Assembly: GCA_029256705.1 (NCBI GenBank)
Contig: JAQSXK010000006.1
Coordinates: forward strand, 3,021 to 67,020
DNA from: Clostridia bacterium
GTDB taxonomy: Bacteria; Bacillota; Clostridia; TANB77; CAG-465
Reading direction: 5' to 3'
Length of the DNA: 64,000 nucleotides
Both the position numbers and the translations under genes were made by a program. Positions within the stretch are counted from its first letter, which is position 1. Each line of letters opens with the position of its first letter. Shown piece by piece: positions 23,245-32,796 of this stretch. The notes beneath the pieces were generated by a model. The model saw nothing but the letters and a program-made list of their open reading frames with translations. It did not search any database and was not told where the DNA came from.

Positions 23245-24129
23245 ATGTCAAAAGGTTTAGGTAGAGGTTTAAATGTTTTTTTTGGTGAGGACGGATTAGA
23301 ATTAGAAAAAGTTACAACTGCTTCTAAAGAAAAAGGATATAAAGAACTTGATAAAGTTGTAGAACTTAATATTACAGAAGTTGAACCTACACTTAATCAA
23401 CCAAGAAAAATATTTGATAAAGAAAAGTTGCAAGAACTTTCAGATTCAATAAAAGAAAATGGCGTATTACAGCCTATTTTAGTTGTAAAAGATGATACAG
23501 GATATACTATTGTTGCTGGTGAAAGAAGATGGAGAGCCGCTAAAATAGCAGGACTTAAAGCCATCCCAGCAATTATAAAAGATTATACAGATACTAAGAA
23601 AAAACAAGTTGCATTGATTGAAAACATACAAAGAGAAGATTTAAATATAGTTGAAATAGCTAAAGCCATTAAAGAATTAATGGATATAGATGGATATTCG
23701 CAATCAGAGGTAGCTAAAATAACAGGCAAGAATGTTTCAACTGTATCGAATATAATGAGACTTCTTAAATTACAAGATAAAATACTAGATTATCTAATGG
23801 AAGGTAAAATAGTTGAAGGACATGCAAGAGCGTTGCTTGCTGTAGACGATCATAATAAGCAACTAGAAATACTTGAAAAGATAGTTGAAAGAAAATTGAC
23901 TGTAAGAGATGTTGAAAAGTTGATTTATGGCGCAGATGATTATGGTAGAAACAAAGAAAAGAAACAACCTAAGAATGTATATTACCAAAAAATAGAAAGT
24001 AGATTAAAAGAGTACTTTGGATATAAAGTAAAGTTAGAAACAACAAAATCTCATCAAAAACTTATTGTTGAGTACAATGATGAAGATGGATTAGAAAGTT
24101 TACTTTCTAAACTTAAAATAAGAATGTAA
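23245..24129 (+). CDS. spo0J: ParB/Spo0J chromosome partitioning protein
   Basis: ParB box GERRWRAAKIAGL plus an HTH. Confidence 0.9.
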   Translation: MSKGLGRGLNVFFGEDGLELEKVTTASKEKGYKELDKVVELNITEVEPTLNQPRKIFDKEKLQELSDSIKENGVLQPILVVKDDTGYTIVAGERRWRAAKIAGLKAIPAIIKDYTDTKKKQVALIENIQREDLNIVEIAKAIKELMDIDGYSQSEVAKITGKNVSTVSNIMRLLKLQDKILDYLMEGKIVEGHARALLAVDDHNKQLEILEKIVERKLTVRDVEKLIYGADDYGRNKEKKQPKNVYYQKIESRLKEYFGYKVKLETTKSHQKLIVEYNDEDGLESLLSKLKIRM

Positions 24130-24132
24130 TAA

Positions 24133-24170
24133 AAAAAACATAGTATTTTTATACTATGTTTTTTTCTTAT
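24133..24170 (+). terminator. Rho-independent terminator after spo0J
   Basis: AAAAACATAGTAT / ATACTATGTTTTT perfect hairpin followed by a T-run. Confidence 0.75.
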
Positions 24171-24196
24171 TTTTTATTAAAATTATAAAAAAGTAC

Positions 24197-24224
24197 TTGA
24201 CAAATTATAAAAAACTGATATAAT
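24197..24224 (+). promoter_or_regulatory. Sigma-A promoter for the tRNA-Ser pair
   Basis: TTGACA, 16-nt spacer, TATAAT. Sits 18 nt upstream of the tRNA 5' end. Confidence 0.6.
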
Positions 24225-24241
24225 AATATAGTACCAAGTTT

Positions 24242-24330
24242 GGAGGAGTGTCCGAGTGGTTTATGGAGCTAGTCTTGAAAACTAGTGATATCGCAAGGTA
24301 CCGTGGGTTCGAATCCTACCTCCTCCGCCA
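24242..24330 (+). tRNA. tRNA-Ser (anticodon TGA), CCA encoded
   Basis: 89-nt cloverleaf with a long variable arm and T-arm GGTTCGAATCC. Anticodon loop cTTGAaa. GGAGGAG / CTCCTCC acceptor stem. Confidence 0.9.
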
Positions 24331-24384
24331 AATTTAAAGCGGGAATAATAAAATATTTCCGCTTTATGTATATATATAACCTTT

Positions 24385-24474
24385 GGAGAGTTACCCAAGT
24401 GGTTAAGGGGGCAGTTTGCTAAACTGTTAGGCGCCTTTTGGTGTGCGAGAGTTCGAACCTCTCACTCTCCGCCA
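24385..24474 (+). tRNA. tRNA-Ser (anticodon GCT), CCA encoded
   Basis: 90 nt with a long variable arm, T-arm AGTTCGAACCT, and anticodon loop tTTGCTaaa. Confidence 0.85.
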
Positions 24475-24630
24475 TAAAAAACCAAAAATATTTCTATTAA
24501 TGGAACTAAAACTTACTTCTATAATATATGAAGTAAGTTTTTTGTTATATATTATTTAATAATAAAATTAACAAAACATTGATGTTTTATCAATTTTATG
24601 ATAATATATTTATATAGTTTAATAAAGGTG

Positions 24631-25371
24631 ATGTATTTGAAAAATGTTAATTTTCTAAGAGAACACTTAATTGCACATAGAGGCTTTCATAATAAAGAAA
24701 AAGGAATACCTGAAAATTCAATTGGAGCTTTTATTGAAGCAATTAAAAATAATTGTATAATAGAGCTAGATATTCATTTATTAAAGGATGGAAATATAGT
24801 TGTTTTTCATGATGATAATTTAATTAGAATGACAAATGTTAATAGAAACTTAAAAGATTGCACTTATGAAGAAATAAAAGATTTGAAATTATACGGAACT
24901 AATTATAATATTCCTTTATTTAAAGAAGTTTTAAAGTTAGTTAATAGTAAAGTTGCAATAGTAATAGAATTAAAAACAGATAAAAAGGTAGGAAAATTTG
25001 AAAAAAGACTAGTAGAGGAAATAATTGATTATACAGGAGAATATGCAGTTAAAAGCTTCGATCCTTTATCTGTTTTCTGGTTTAAAAATAATTATCCAAA
25101 TATAGTGCGAGGTCAATTATCATATAATTATTATGATACTAAATTTTGTTTTTTTCGAAAAATTATTTTAAAAGAAATGCTATTAAATATTATTACAAAA
25201 CCTGATTTTATATCTTATGGGATTAAATCTTTACCAAATAAAAGGGTTGAAAAAATTAGAAAAGAAAAGTTAATTTTAGGATGGACAATAAAAAATAATT
25301 CTGATTATGACTACGCCAAGAAGTATTGTGATAACTTTATATGTGAAAATATACAAAACTTAAATCATTAA
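24631..25371 (+). CDS. Glycerophosphodiester phosphodiesterase family protein
   Basis: HRGFHNKEKGIPENSIGAF...ELDIHLLKDGNIVVFHDD GDPD motifs. AAAGGTGA RBS before ATG 24631. Confidence 0.8.
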   Translation: MYLKNVNFLREHLIAHRGFHNKEKGIPENSIGAFIEAIKNNCIIELDIHLLKDGNIVVFHDDNLIRMTNVNRNLKDCTYEEIKDLKLYGTNYNIPLFKEVLKLVNSKVAIVIELKTDKKVGKFEKRLVEEIIDYTGEYAVKSFDPLSVFWFKNNYPNIVRGQLSYNYYDTKFCFFRKIILKEMLLNIITKPDFISYGIKSLPNKRVEKIRKEKLILGWTIKNNSDYDYAKKYCDNFICENIQNLNH

Positions 25372-25408
25372 AATTAATTATATGTAATTTAAATTAGAGA
25401 GGTTAAAA

Positions 25409-26476
25409 ATGAAAGAAAAAAAGTTAATAATTATATTTGTTATATTAGTAATTTTAGCTGCAACATTATTTTATTTATATTATGAGAAATATTTAAAGTC
25501 TAATAATTTAAATGTTAATATTGCGGATGAGCAAACCAATGTAGATAATAATATTGTTCAGGAAATAAAGGAAGAAAAGAAGTTACAAATATATACAGGT
25601 TATGATAGACCTATAGCTGTTATGATAGATAACGAACAACCAGCCTGGCCACATTCAGGATTACAAGATGCTTATATGATATATGAAATGATAATTGAAG
25701 GTGGAGAAAGTAGAATGGTAGCTTTTTTCAAAAATGTTAATACTGCTAAAATTGGTCCTATAAGAAGTGCAAGACATTATTTTGTTCATTATGCAATGGA
25801 ACATAGTGCAATATTTGCACATTTTGGATGGAGTCCTAAGGCACAGTCAACTATTGCAACAAATAATGTAAATAATATAAATGGTATATATGATAATTAC
25901 TTTTGGCGTGTTGGAGGGGGATATCATAATGCATTTTCAAGTATTAAAAAAATAAAAGAAACTGCAAGTATTAAAAAATATATTGATTCAGGGAATGATA
26001 CCCCAATATATAATTATAGTATTGATGAATATAATATTGAAGTAGGTCAAAAAATAACAGGACTTAAGATTAAATATTCGGATTTACATAATGTATCTTA
26101 CAAATATGATGAAACAGACAAAGTATTTTATAGAAGTATGCGTGGAATAGCAGATAAGGATAGAGAAACAGGGAAACAATACTATGCAAAAAACATTGTT
26201 ATAATGTACGTTAAAAATTACAACTTACCGGATATAGAAACTAAGGGAAGACAAGAACTAGAAAATTTAGGGACAGGAAATGGATATTATCTTACAAATG
26301 GTAAATATATAAATATCACATGGAAAAAGGATTCAGCAAAGTCAAGAACTTTATGGCTTGATGAAAATGGTAAAGAAATAGTTTTAAACGATGGAATTAC
26401 ATATGTACAACTTGCTCCTAGTGCATATAAAGTGAATTTTGATTTACTTGAAGAAGCACAGAGGGACATTCAATAA
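25409..26476 (+). CDS. DUF3048 (YerB-like) secreted protein
   Basis: N-terminal TM/signal. RPIAVMIDNEQPAWPHSGLQDAYMIYEMIIEGGESRMVAFF is typical of DUF3048. Confidence 0.7.
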   Translation: MKEKKLIIIFVILVILAATLFYLYYEKYLKSNNLNVNIADEQTNVDNNIVQEIKEEKKLQIYTGYDRPIAVMIDNEQPAWPHSGLQDAYMIYEMIIEGGESRMVAFFKNVNTAKIGPIRSARHYFVHYAMEHSAIFAHFGWSPKAQSTIATNNVNNINGIYDNYFWRVGGGYHNAFSSIKKIKETASIKKYIDSGNDTPIYNYSIDEYNIEVGQKITGLKIKYSDLHNVSYKYDETDKVFYRSMRGIADKDRETGKQYYAKNIVIMYVKNYNLPDIETKGRQELENLGTGNGYYLTNGKYINITWKKDSAKSRTLWLDENGKEIVLNDGITYVQLAPSAYKVNFDLLEEAQRDIQ

Positions 26477-26536
26477 TTGTCAAACATAAATAAATGAGTT
26501 ATCTCCTGAATATATTATTTGAGAGGTGACTTTTTT

Positions 26537-27259
26537 ATGGTATCTAGTGTTTTTTTTCTTGTCTTTACCGTAAGTGTAACAACTAGCATAGTTGGGCTTT
26601 TTTTAGGAAGTGGAATTAATTCTAAAAGAAAAAATGTAGTTGCTAGCTTATATGAAATTTCTGCTGGAATGATGACAGGAATAGTATGTTTTGAAATGAT
26701 TCCGGAGGGAATAGAAGTGGCCAATATAAATTTAACACTCATTGGATGTATAATTGGAGCTCTATTCACACTTTTATTAGATATAGCAGTAAATAGATAT
26801 AAAAATAAAAAAAACAAATTAATCAATTCATCTTCATTAATAATAATTATCTCTATGTCAGTTCATAATATAGTTGAGGGAATTGCTATTGGATCTGCCC
26901 TTGTTTATTCAATGTCGCTAGGTATATCAATTCTTATATCTAATGCCCTACATGATATACCTGAAGCAATGGTTGTGGGAATAGGAATTAATAAAGAAAG
27001 AAACAATATTATAAGAAAAATCTTAAAAGCAATTATTTTAGGTATTCCAACGGCGTTGGGTGCAATTATAGGAAATATAGTAGGTAGTGTATCAAATACA
27101 TATATTGCCTTAAGTTTATCTCTTGCAGGAGGATGTATGCTTTATATAGTTGCTTGTGATTTGATTCCAAGTTCAAAAGAAATATCTAAGAGAAAAATAG
27201 TATCTCTAGTTTATATAATAGGAATATTATTTGGTTTGTACATAAGTACAGTTAAATAA
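26537..27259 (+). CDS. ZIP-family divalent metal (zinc) transporter
   Basis: Polytopic protein with HNIVEGIAIGSA and HDIPEAM motifs. GAGAGGTGA RBS. Confidence 0.7.
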   Translation: MVSSVFFLVFTVSVTTSIVGLFLGSGINSKRKNVVASLYEISAGMMTGIVCFEMIPEGIEVANINLTLIGCIIGALFTLLLDIAVNRYKNKKNKLINSSSLIIIISMSVHNIVEGIAIGSALVYSMSLGISILISNALHDIPEAMVVGIGINKERNNIIRKILKAIILGIPTALGAIIGNIVGSVSNTYIALSLSLAGGCMLYIVACDLIPSSKEISKRKIVSLVYIIGILFGLYISTVK

Positions 27260-27327
27260 TTTTAAAGTATTGACAAATGTGATATAATATTATTAATAAT
27301 ATTTTTTAAAAATAGGGGGATTGTCTA

Positions 27328-27498
27328 ATGAGAATTCAAGAGAATTACAATGGTATTGTAAATAGAATTGAAAGTATATGTCCCACCAATAATAACAAAA
27401 CTAAACCAAATTTACCTGAAACTAAAAAAAGAAAAGAGAGTTTTAAGGCAAACAATTTTAAAAGTATGTTAGATGTAGAAATGAAAAAGTTAGTTTGA
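27328..27498 (+). CDS. 56-aa hypothetical small basic protein with its own RBS and terminator
   Basis: AGGGGGA RBS 7 nt before the ATG. ORF MRIQENYNGIVNRIESICPTNNNKTKPNLPETKKRKESFKANNFKSMLDVEMKKLV. A perfect terminator follows directly. Confidence 0.45.
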   Translation: MRIQENYNGIVNRIESICPTNNNKTKPNLPETKKRKESFKANNFKSMLDVEMKKLV

Positions 27499-27502
27499 AA
27501 TA

Positions 27503-27540
27503 AAACATAGTGTTGCAATTGCAACACTATGTTTTTGTTA
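27503..27540 (+). terminator. Rho-independent terminator
   Basis: AAACATAGTGTTGC / GCAACACTATGTTT perfect palindrome followed by TTTTGTT. Confidence 0.75.
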
Positions 27541-27638
27541 TTTAGATAATTCTTCAAAAGGGTTTATATTTTAAGGATAACTATTGATAATTAGTACTTA
27601 TATTGGTATAATATATACAATGATAAGGAAGTGATTTT

Positions 27639-28094
27639 TTGAAAAAGATTATGTTTATATGTACAGGCAATGTTTGTAGAAGTCCGATGGCACATGCTTA
27701 TATGGAAAAAAAGATAAAAGATCTAAAAAAAGAGAATGAATACATAATATCTTCTTGTGGAACTCATGCAATAAAAAATCAAAATGCTACAAATAACGCG
27801 ATAGAGGTTATGAAAAAATATGGGGTTGATTTGAAAGAACATATGGCAACTCGTATAGAGGATTCAAATATAATTAATTTTGATTTGATTTTTGCGTTAA
27901 CAGAAATTCATAAAAAAGAAATTTTAAAAATTTATCCTTCACTTAGTGGTAAAGTATTTACTTTAAAGGAATATGTAAATAAAAATGAAAAATATATAGA
28001 TATAGATGATCCATGGGGATTAGATATTGTTGTATATGATGCAACTGCTAATGATATAGTAAGCAGTATAGATAAATTGATTGAAATGATATAA
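27639..28094 (+). CDS. Low-molecular-weight protein phosphatase (YwlE-like arginine/tyrosine phosphatase)
   Basis: CTGNVCRSPMA P-loop. Followed by rpiB, as in B. subtilis ywlE-ywlF. Confidence 0.8.
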   Translation: MKKIMFICTGNVCRSPMAHAYMEKKIKDLKKENEYIISSCGTHAIKNQNATNNAIEVMKKYGVDLKEHMATRIEDSNIINFDLIFALTEIHKKEILKIYPSLSGKVFTLKEYVNKNEKYIDIDDPWGLDIVVYDATANDIVSSIDKLIEMI

Positions 28095-28106
28095 GGAAGT
28101 GAAATT

Positions 28107-28577
28107 ATGATAATAATTGGAGCAGACCACGCTGGGTTTGATTTAAAAGATTTGATAATAGAATACTTTAAAGAAAGTAATATAGAGTATCAAGACGTTA
28201 CTGATTATGATAGAAATGATAAGGATGATTACACTGATGTAGCAATTGATGTATGTAAAGGAGTTTTAAATGATAAAAATAACTTAGGGATTGCTATATG
28301 TGGAACTGGTTTGGGTATATGTATTGCTTGTAACAAAGTAAAGGGAATAATTGCCACTCCATGTTTTGATGTGTATACGGCAACAATGGCTAGGAAGCAT
28401 AATGATTCTAATATTTTATGTTTAGGAGGAAGGTTAGAATATTCTAAAAGCAGAAAAGTTATTATAGATATAATAAGAGCATATCTAGAAACTAAGTTTG
28501 ATGGAGAAAGACACTTAATAAGAGTAAATAAAATAAAACAAATGGAAGATAAATTTGGTGAGAAGTTATGCAAATAG
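28107..28577 (+). CDS. rpiB: Ribose-5-phosphate isomerase B
   Basis: MIIIGADHAGFDLK...AICGTGLGICIACNKVKG. Confidence 0.9.
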   Translation: MIIIGADHAGFDLKDLIIEYFKESNIEYQDVTDYDRNDKDDYTDVAIDVCKGVLNDKNNLGIAICGTGLGICIACNKVKGIIATPCFDVYTATMARKHNDSNILCLGGRLEYSKSRKVIIDIIRAYLETKFDGERHLIRVNKIKQMEDKFGEKLCK

Positions 28578-29656
28578 TATATTTTATAATAATAATAACA
28601 TTTGTTTTATCAATAATAATAACACCATTAACAATAAAATTTGCGAACAAATTTGGATTTGTTGATGTTCCGAAGGATAGTAGAAGGGTTCATGCTAAAC
28701 CAATGCCTAGAATTGGTGGACTTGCCATTGTAATATCTATGCTTATTGGACTAGCAATATATTATTTAATAACTATGAATATACCCTCTATTACTCTAAA
28801 TAACAAGTTTTTTGGATATGTATTGGGGGCGTTGATAATATCTTCTATGGGGCTTATTGATGATGTAATTAATATGAGAGCCAGATATAAATTTATATTT
28901 CAATTATTAGCAGCAACAGTTATATATTTTTTCGGTGTTTCTATTGAAGGAATTAAAATACCATTTATATATACTAATCTTATAGATTTTGGATTTTTAT
29001 CATTTCCGATAACCTTGATTTGGGTAATTGGAATAACAAATGCGGTTAATTTAATTGATGGATTGGATGGTTTAGCTGCGGGTATATCAGCAATTTCAGC
29101 AACGGCATTACTTACTATATTTATTACTACATCTTCAAGTTTAGAGGCAATAGTAATAACTGCTGTGTTAGTTGGAGCGACACTAGGATTTTTACCTTTT
29201 AATTTTAATCCAGCAAAGACATTTATGGGCGATGTAGGATCTAATTTTCTAGGATTTACTTTAGCAACAGTTTCAATACTAGGTTTTGCAAAAGGATATA
29301 CATTAATAGCTATTATTGCACCAATACTTACTTTAGGTGTTCCTATTTTCGATACTTTATTTGCTATGATAAGAAGATTTTTAGCAGGAAAACCTATGCT
29401 GAGTCCAGATGGTGGTCATGTTCACCATAGACTACTTAAAAGAGGATTTAACCAAAGACAAGCTGTATTGATGCTTTATACAGTAACAAGTTTACTATGT
29501 ATAGTTGCTGTTACAATAATATCAGCAGATATATACAAATTAGTTTTACTTATATTTGCAACAATAACATTTGTTATACTTGGTTATGTAACAACTATAA
29601 AACATAAAAATATTAAACAATTAGATGAAAATATTGAAATTAAAAAGGATAAATAA
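28568..29656 (+). CDS. Glycosyltransferase family 4 undecaprenyl-phosphate sugar-1-phosphate transferase (TagO/WecA/MraY-like)
   Basis: Polytopic protein with NAVNLIDGLDGLAAG and GDVGSNFLGF motifs. Confidence 0.8.
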   Translation: MQIVYFIIIITFVLSIIITPLTIKFANKFGFVDVPKDSRRVHAKPMPRIGGLAIVISMLIGLAIYYLITMNIPSITLNNKFFGYVLGALIISSMGLIDDVINMRARYKFIFQLLAATVIYFFGVSIEGIKIPFIYTNLIDFGFLSFPITLIWVIGITNAVNLIDGLDGLAAGISAISATALLTIFITTSSSLEAIVITAVLVGATLGFLPFNFNPAKTFMGDVGSNFLGFTLATVSILGFAKGYTLIAIIAPILTLGVPIFDTLFAMIRRFLAGKPMLSPDGGHVHHRLLKRGFNQRQAVLMLYTVTSLLCIVAVTIISADIYKLVLLIFATITFVILGYVTTIKHKNIKQLDENIEIKKDK

Positions 29657-29696
29657 ATATAAAATAGATATAATATAATGGAAGGGATGTATTGAA

Positions 29697-30134
29697 ATGA
29701 AGGAAATGTTATTAAATGAATTAAAAGAAGCTATGAGAGATAAAGATGAGCTTAGAAAAGACACTATTACAATGTTAAGAGCTTCAATATTACAAATAGA
29801 AAAAGATGAAAAAAAAGTACTTAATGATGATGATATTAAAATAGTTGTAGCAAAAGAAGTAAAAAAGAGAAAAGAGTCTATTCTTGAATTTGAAAAGGCG
29901 GAAAGATTAGATTTAGTAGAAGGTTTAAACAGAGAAATAGAAATTTTATCTAAATATTTGCCAGTACAATTAAGTGAAGATCAAATCAGAGAATTAGTTA
30001 AAGAGTCAATTTCTTTAACAGGATCTGTTTCATCAAAAGATATGGGTAAAGTAATGCAAGACTTAAGGTCTAAAACGAATGGGAAAGCAGATGGAAAGTT
30101 AGTTAGTGATATAGTTAAAGAATTGTTAAAATAA
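29697..30134 (+). CDS. GatB/YqeY domain protein
   Basis: 145-aa YqeY-like sequence. Confidence 0.7.
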   Translation: MKEMLLNELKEAMRDKDELRKDTITMLRASILQIEKDEKKVLNDDDIKIVVAKEVKKRKESILEFEKAERLDLVEGLNREIEILSKYLPVQLSEDQIRELVKESISLTGSVSSKDMGKVMQDLRSKTNGKADGKLVSDIVKELLK

Positions 30135-30145
30135 AGGAGCAATTA

Positions 30146-31411
30146 ATGGAAAAAATATATAAAGTCAATGATAGTAAATTCAAAAGCATATATTTATCAT
30201 ATAATTTTACTTTTGAAACTAATAAAGAAGATATACCTAAGAATGTTATAACAAGTTTAATACTTTCCAAGGGATCTAAAAAATATAAAACTAGTAAGGA
30301 AATAGAAAAATATTTATCTAGTTTATATGGAACAAATTTTGATATAAATATGGAGAAAATAGGAGATTTATATAATATAGAGTTTAGATTAGAATGCGTA
30401 AATAAGAAATTTTTACCTAATAATGAAGATGTATTTAAAAATGCAATTAATTTTTTAAGTGAAATTATATATAATCCTAAAATAGAAAATAATGAATTTG
30501 ATAAAATAATTTTTGAAAGAGAAAAAAGTTTTATTATTGATAAAATTAATAAGAAAAAAGACGAAAAATTAAGATATGCAGTGCTTAAAACTGAAGAAAT
30601 TTTGTGTGAAAAAGAACCTTTTGGTATTTATATTTATGGAGATATTAAAGACGCAGAGAATGTTAAAATAAGTGATATATATGACGCGTATCAAAATATA
30701 ATAAATAACTCTAATATTTCTATTATTGTATCTGGAAATTTAAGTGGATATGAGGATATAGATCAGTATCTAAAAGAAATTTTTATTAATAGATTCAATA
30801 ACGATAATGAAATAGATAAAACATTAATTAATAAGTCTGTAAAAAGAAAATTTTGTGTTGAAGATGTAAAAGAAATAAAAGAAAAAATTCAGACAAATCA
30901 AGCTGTAATAACAATTGGTTTAAGAGTAGAAGATTTAGAACAAAATGACTTTTATGCGCTTAATGTTTATAATAGCATTTTAGGGGGAACACCAAGTTCT
31001 AAGTTGTTCCAAAATGTAAGAGAAAAAGAATCATTAGCATATACAACAAAATCTAGGTACTACAGATTTAAGGGTATTTTTATCATATACGCAGGTATAG
31101 AGGAAAGTAACTATGAGCGAGCTAAAAAGGTTATACTAGACCAAATAAGCGATATGGAGAACGGAAATATATCTGAATTAGAACTTAATTCGTCAAAACA
31201 GTCATTGGTAAATGATTTACTAGAATGGAATGACTCTAAAATTTCTTTGGCTAAGTTAGCCTATACAAACGCAATAAATAATGAAAAGATAACTATAGAT
31301 GAGCTTATAACTAACATGAAGGCTGTTGAAATAGAGGATGTAGTAAGGGTTGCTAAAAAAGTAAAATTACAATTGATTTATATGCTGGGTGGTGAAGATA
31401 ATGAAAAATAA
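30146..31411 (+). CDS. M16-family peptidase, non-catalytic subunit-like
   Basis: Insulinase fold lacking HxxEH. Paired with the next gene. Confidence 0.65.
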   Translation: MEKIYKVNDSKFKSIYLSYNFTFETNKEDIPKNVITSLILSKGSKKYKTSKEIEKYLSSLYGTNFDINMEKIGDLYNIEFRLECVNKKFLPNNEDVFKNAINFLSEIIYNPKIENNEFDKIIFEREKSFIIDKINKKKDEKLRYAVLKTEEILCEKEPFGIYIYGDIKDAENVKISDIYDAYQNIINNSNISIIVSGNLSGYEDIDQYLKEIFINRFNNDNEIDKTLINKSVKRKFCVEDVKEIKEKIQTNQAVITIGLRVEDLEQNDFYALNVYNSILGGTPSSKLFQNVREKESLAYTTKSRYYRFKGIFIIYAGIEESNYERAKKVILDQISDMENGNISELELNSSKQSLVNDLLEWNDSKISLAKLAYTNAINNEKITIDELITNMKAVEIEDVVRVAKKVKLQLIYMLGGEDNEK

Positions 31412-32684
31412 TATAGAGATTATTAACAATGATAATTTGAATGAATCTATTTATAAAAAAGTACTTGAAAATGGATTAGAAGTATACATTTGTGTAAAAA
31501 AAGGATTTACTAAAAAAATAGGAATGTTTGGAACTAAATATGGATCTATAAATAATGATTTTGTTGATTCTTCAACTGGTGAAAGAATCAATGTTCCAGA
31601 CGGAGTAGCACATTTTTTAGAACATAAATTATTTGAACAAGAAGGTGCTAATGCATTAGATTTGTTTTCAAAGGAGGGTATATCTTCAAATGCGTATACA
31701 TCTTTTGATCAAACAGTATATTATTTTGAAACAATTGATAAGTTTAAAATCGGTTTAGAGATGCTAATTAAGTTAGTTAAAACGCCATATTTTACTGAAG
31801 AGAATGTTCAAAAAGAACAAGGTATAATAGGTCAAGAAATTTCAATGTATGATGATGACCCGAACTTTAATGTTTATTTTAATACTCTTAGAGCAATGTA
31901 TATTAAACATCCAATAAGAATAGACATTGCAGGAACAATTGATAGTATATCAAAGATAGATAAAGAAATCTTATATAAATGTTATAATACATTTTATAAT
32001 TCTAATAATATGTTTATTGTAATTGTTGGAGATGTTGATGTAGAAAATACTATTGATATAATAAATGAAAACATTAAATTATATGAAAATGTTAACAATA
32101 AAGATAAAGTAATTAAATTTGGAGTAGATGAACCAAAAAATATATTACAAAAGAGAATAGAAAAAGATATGGGATTATATATGCCTCAAGTTTCTATAGG
32201 TTATAAATTAGAACCAGCTCAAAAGAATGATAGAATAAAAATTGAAATAATCGCAGATATAGTTTCGGATATGTATTTTTCTAAAAGTTCCAATTTTTTT
32301 GAAATTGAATATAATAAAGGTGCAGCAAATGATACTATAGATTTTTCATATGAGGGAAATAAGGATTTTGCACATATCATAATTTCTACAACATCTATAA
32401 ATGTTAATGAAATTGAAAAGGATATTTTTGAATATATTGAAAAGATTAAAAGTGAAGAAATTGATACAGAACTATTTGAAAATACAAAAAGAAGAAAAAT
32501 TGGTGAAAATATGGTAGCATCCGAAAATTTAAATAGTTCTTATAGGAGAATTATTGACAGTATATTGAATGAAAATACAATATACTATGATATTGAAGTA
32601 TTAAGTAATATAAGAATAGAGGATATAAAGGATTTTTTGAAAACATTAGAATTATCAAAATCAGTTATTTCAATAGTAAAATAG
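31389..32684 (+). CDS. M16-family zinc peptidase (HxxEH)
   Basis: GVAHFLEHKLFEQEG inverted zincin motif. Confidence 0.75.
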   Translation: MVKIMKNNIEIINNDNLNESIYKKVLENGLEVYICVKKGFTKKIGMFGTKYGSINNDFVDSSTGERINVPDGVAHFLEHKLFEQEGANALDLFSKEGISSNAYTSFDQTVYYFETIDKFKIGLEMLIKLVKTPYFTEENVQKEQGIIGQEISMYDDDPNFNVYFNTLRAMYIKHPIRIDIAGTIDSISKIDKEILYKCYNTFYNSNNMFIVIVGDVDVENTIDIINENIKLYENVNNKDKVIKFGVDEPKNILQKRIEKDMGLYMPQVSIGYKLEPAQKNDRIKIEIIADIVSDMYFSKSSNFFEIEYNKGAANDTIDFSYEGNKDFAHIIISTTSINVNEIEKDIFEYIEKIKSEEIDTELFENTKRRKIGENMVASENLNSSYRRIIDSILNENTIYYDIEVLSNIRIEDIKDFLKTLELSKSVISIVK

Positions 32685-32689
32685 GTTTA

Positions 32690-32731
32690 ACAAAACACAT
32701 ATACATTTTAATATATATGTGTTTTGTTTTT
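32690..32731 (+). terminator. Rho-independent terminator
   Basis: CAAAACACATATA / TATATGTGTTTTG hairpin followed by a T-run. Confidence 0.7.
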
Positions 32732-32796
32732 ATTTTAAATATATATAAGTAATAATTTTAAACCTTATTAATAAAATGTAATAGGTGATTTTGATT

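Noticed and set aside
27345-27557. 70-aa minus-strand ORF from the track
   Set aside because: It has no RBS or promoter. It overlaps a plus-strand small ORF that has a strong RBS and a perfect downstream terminator, and it runs through that terminator hairpin.
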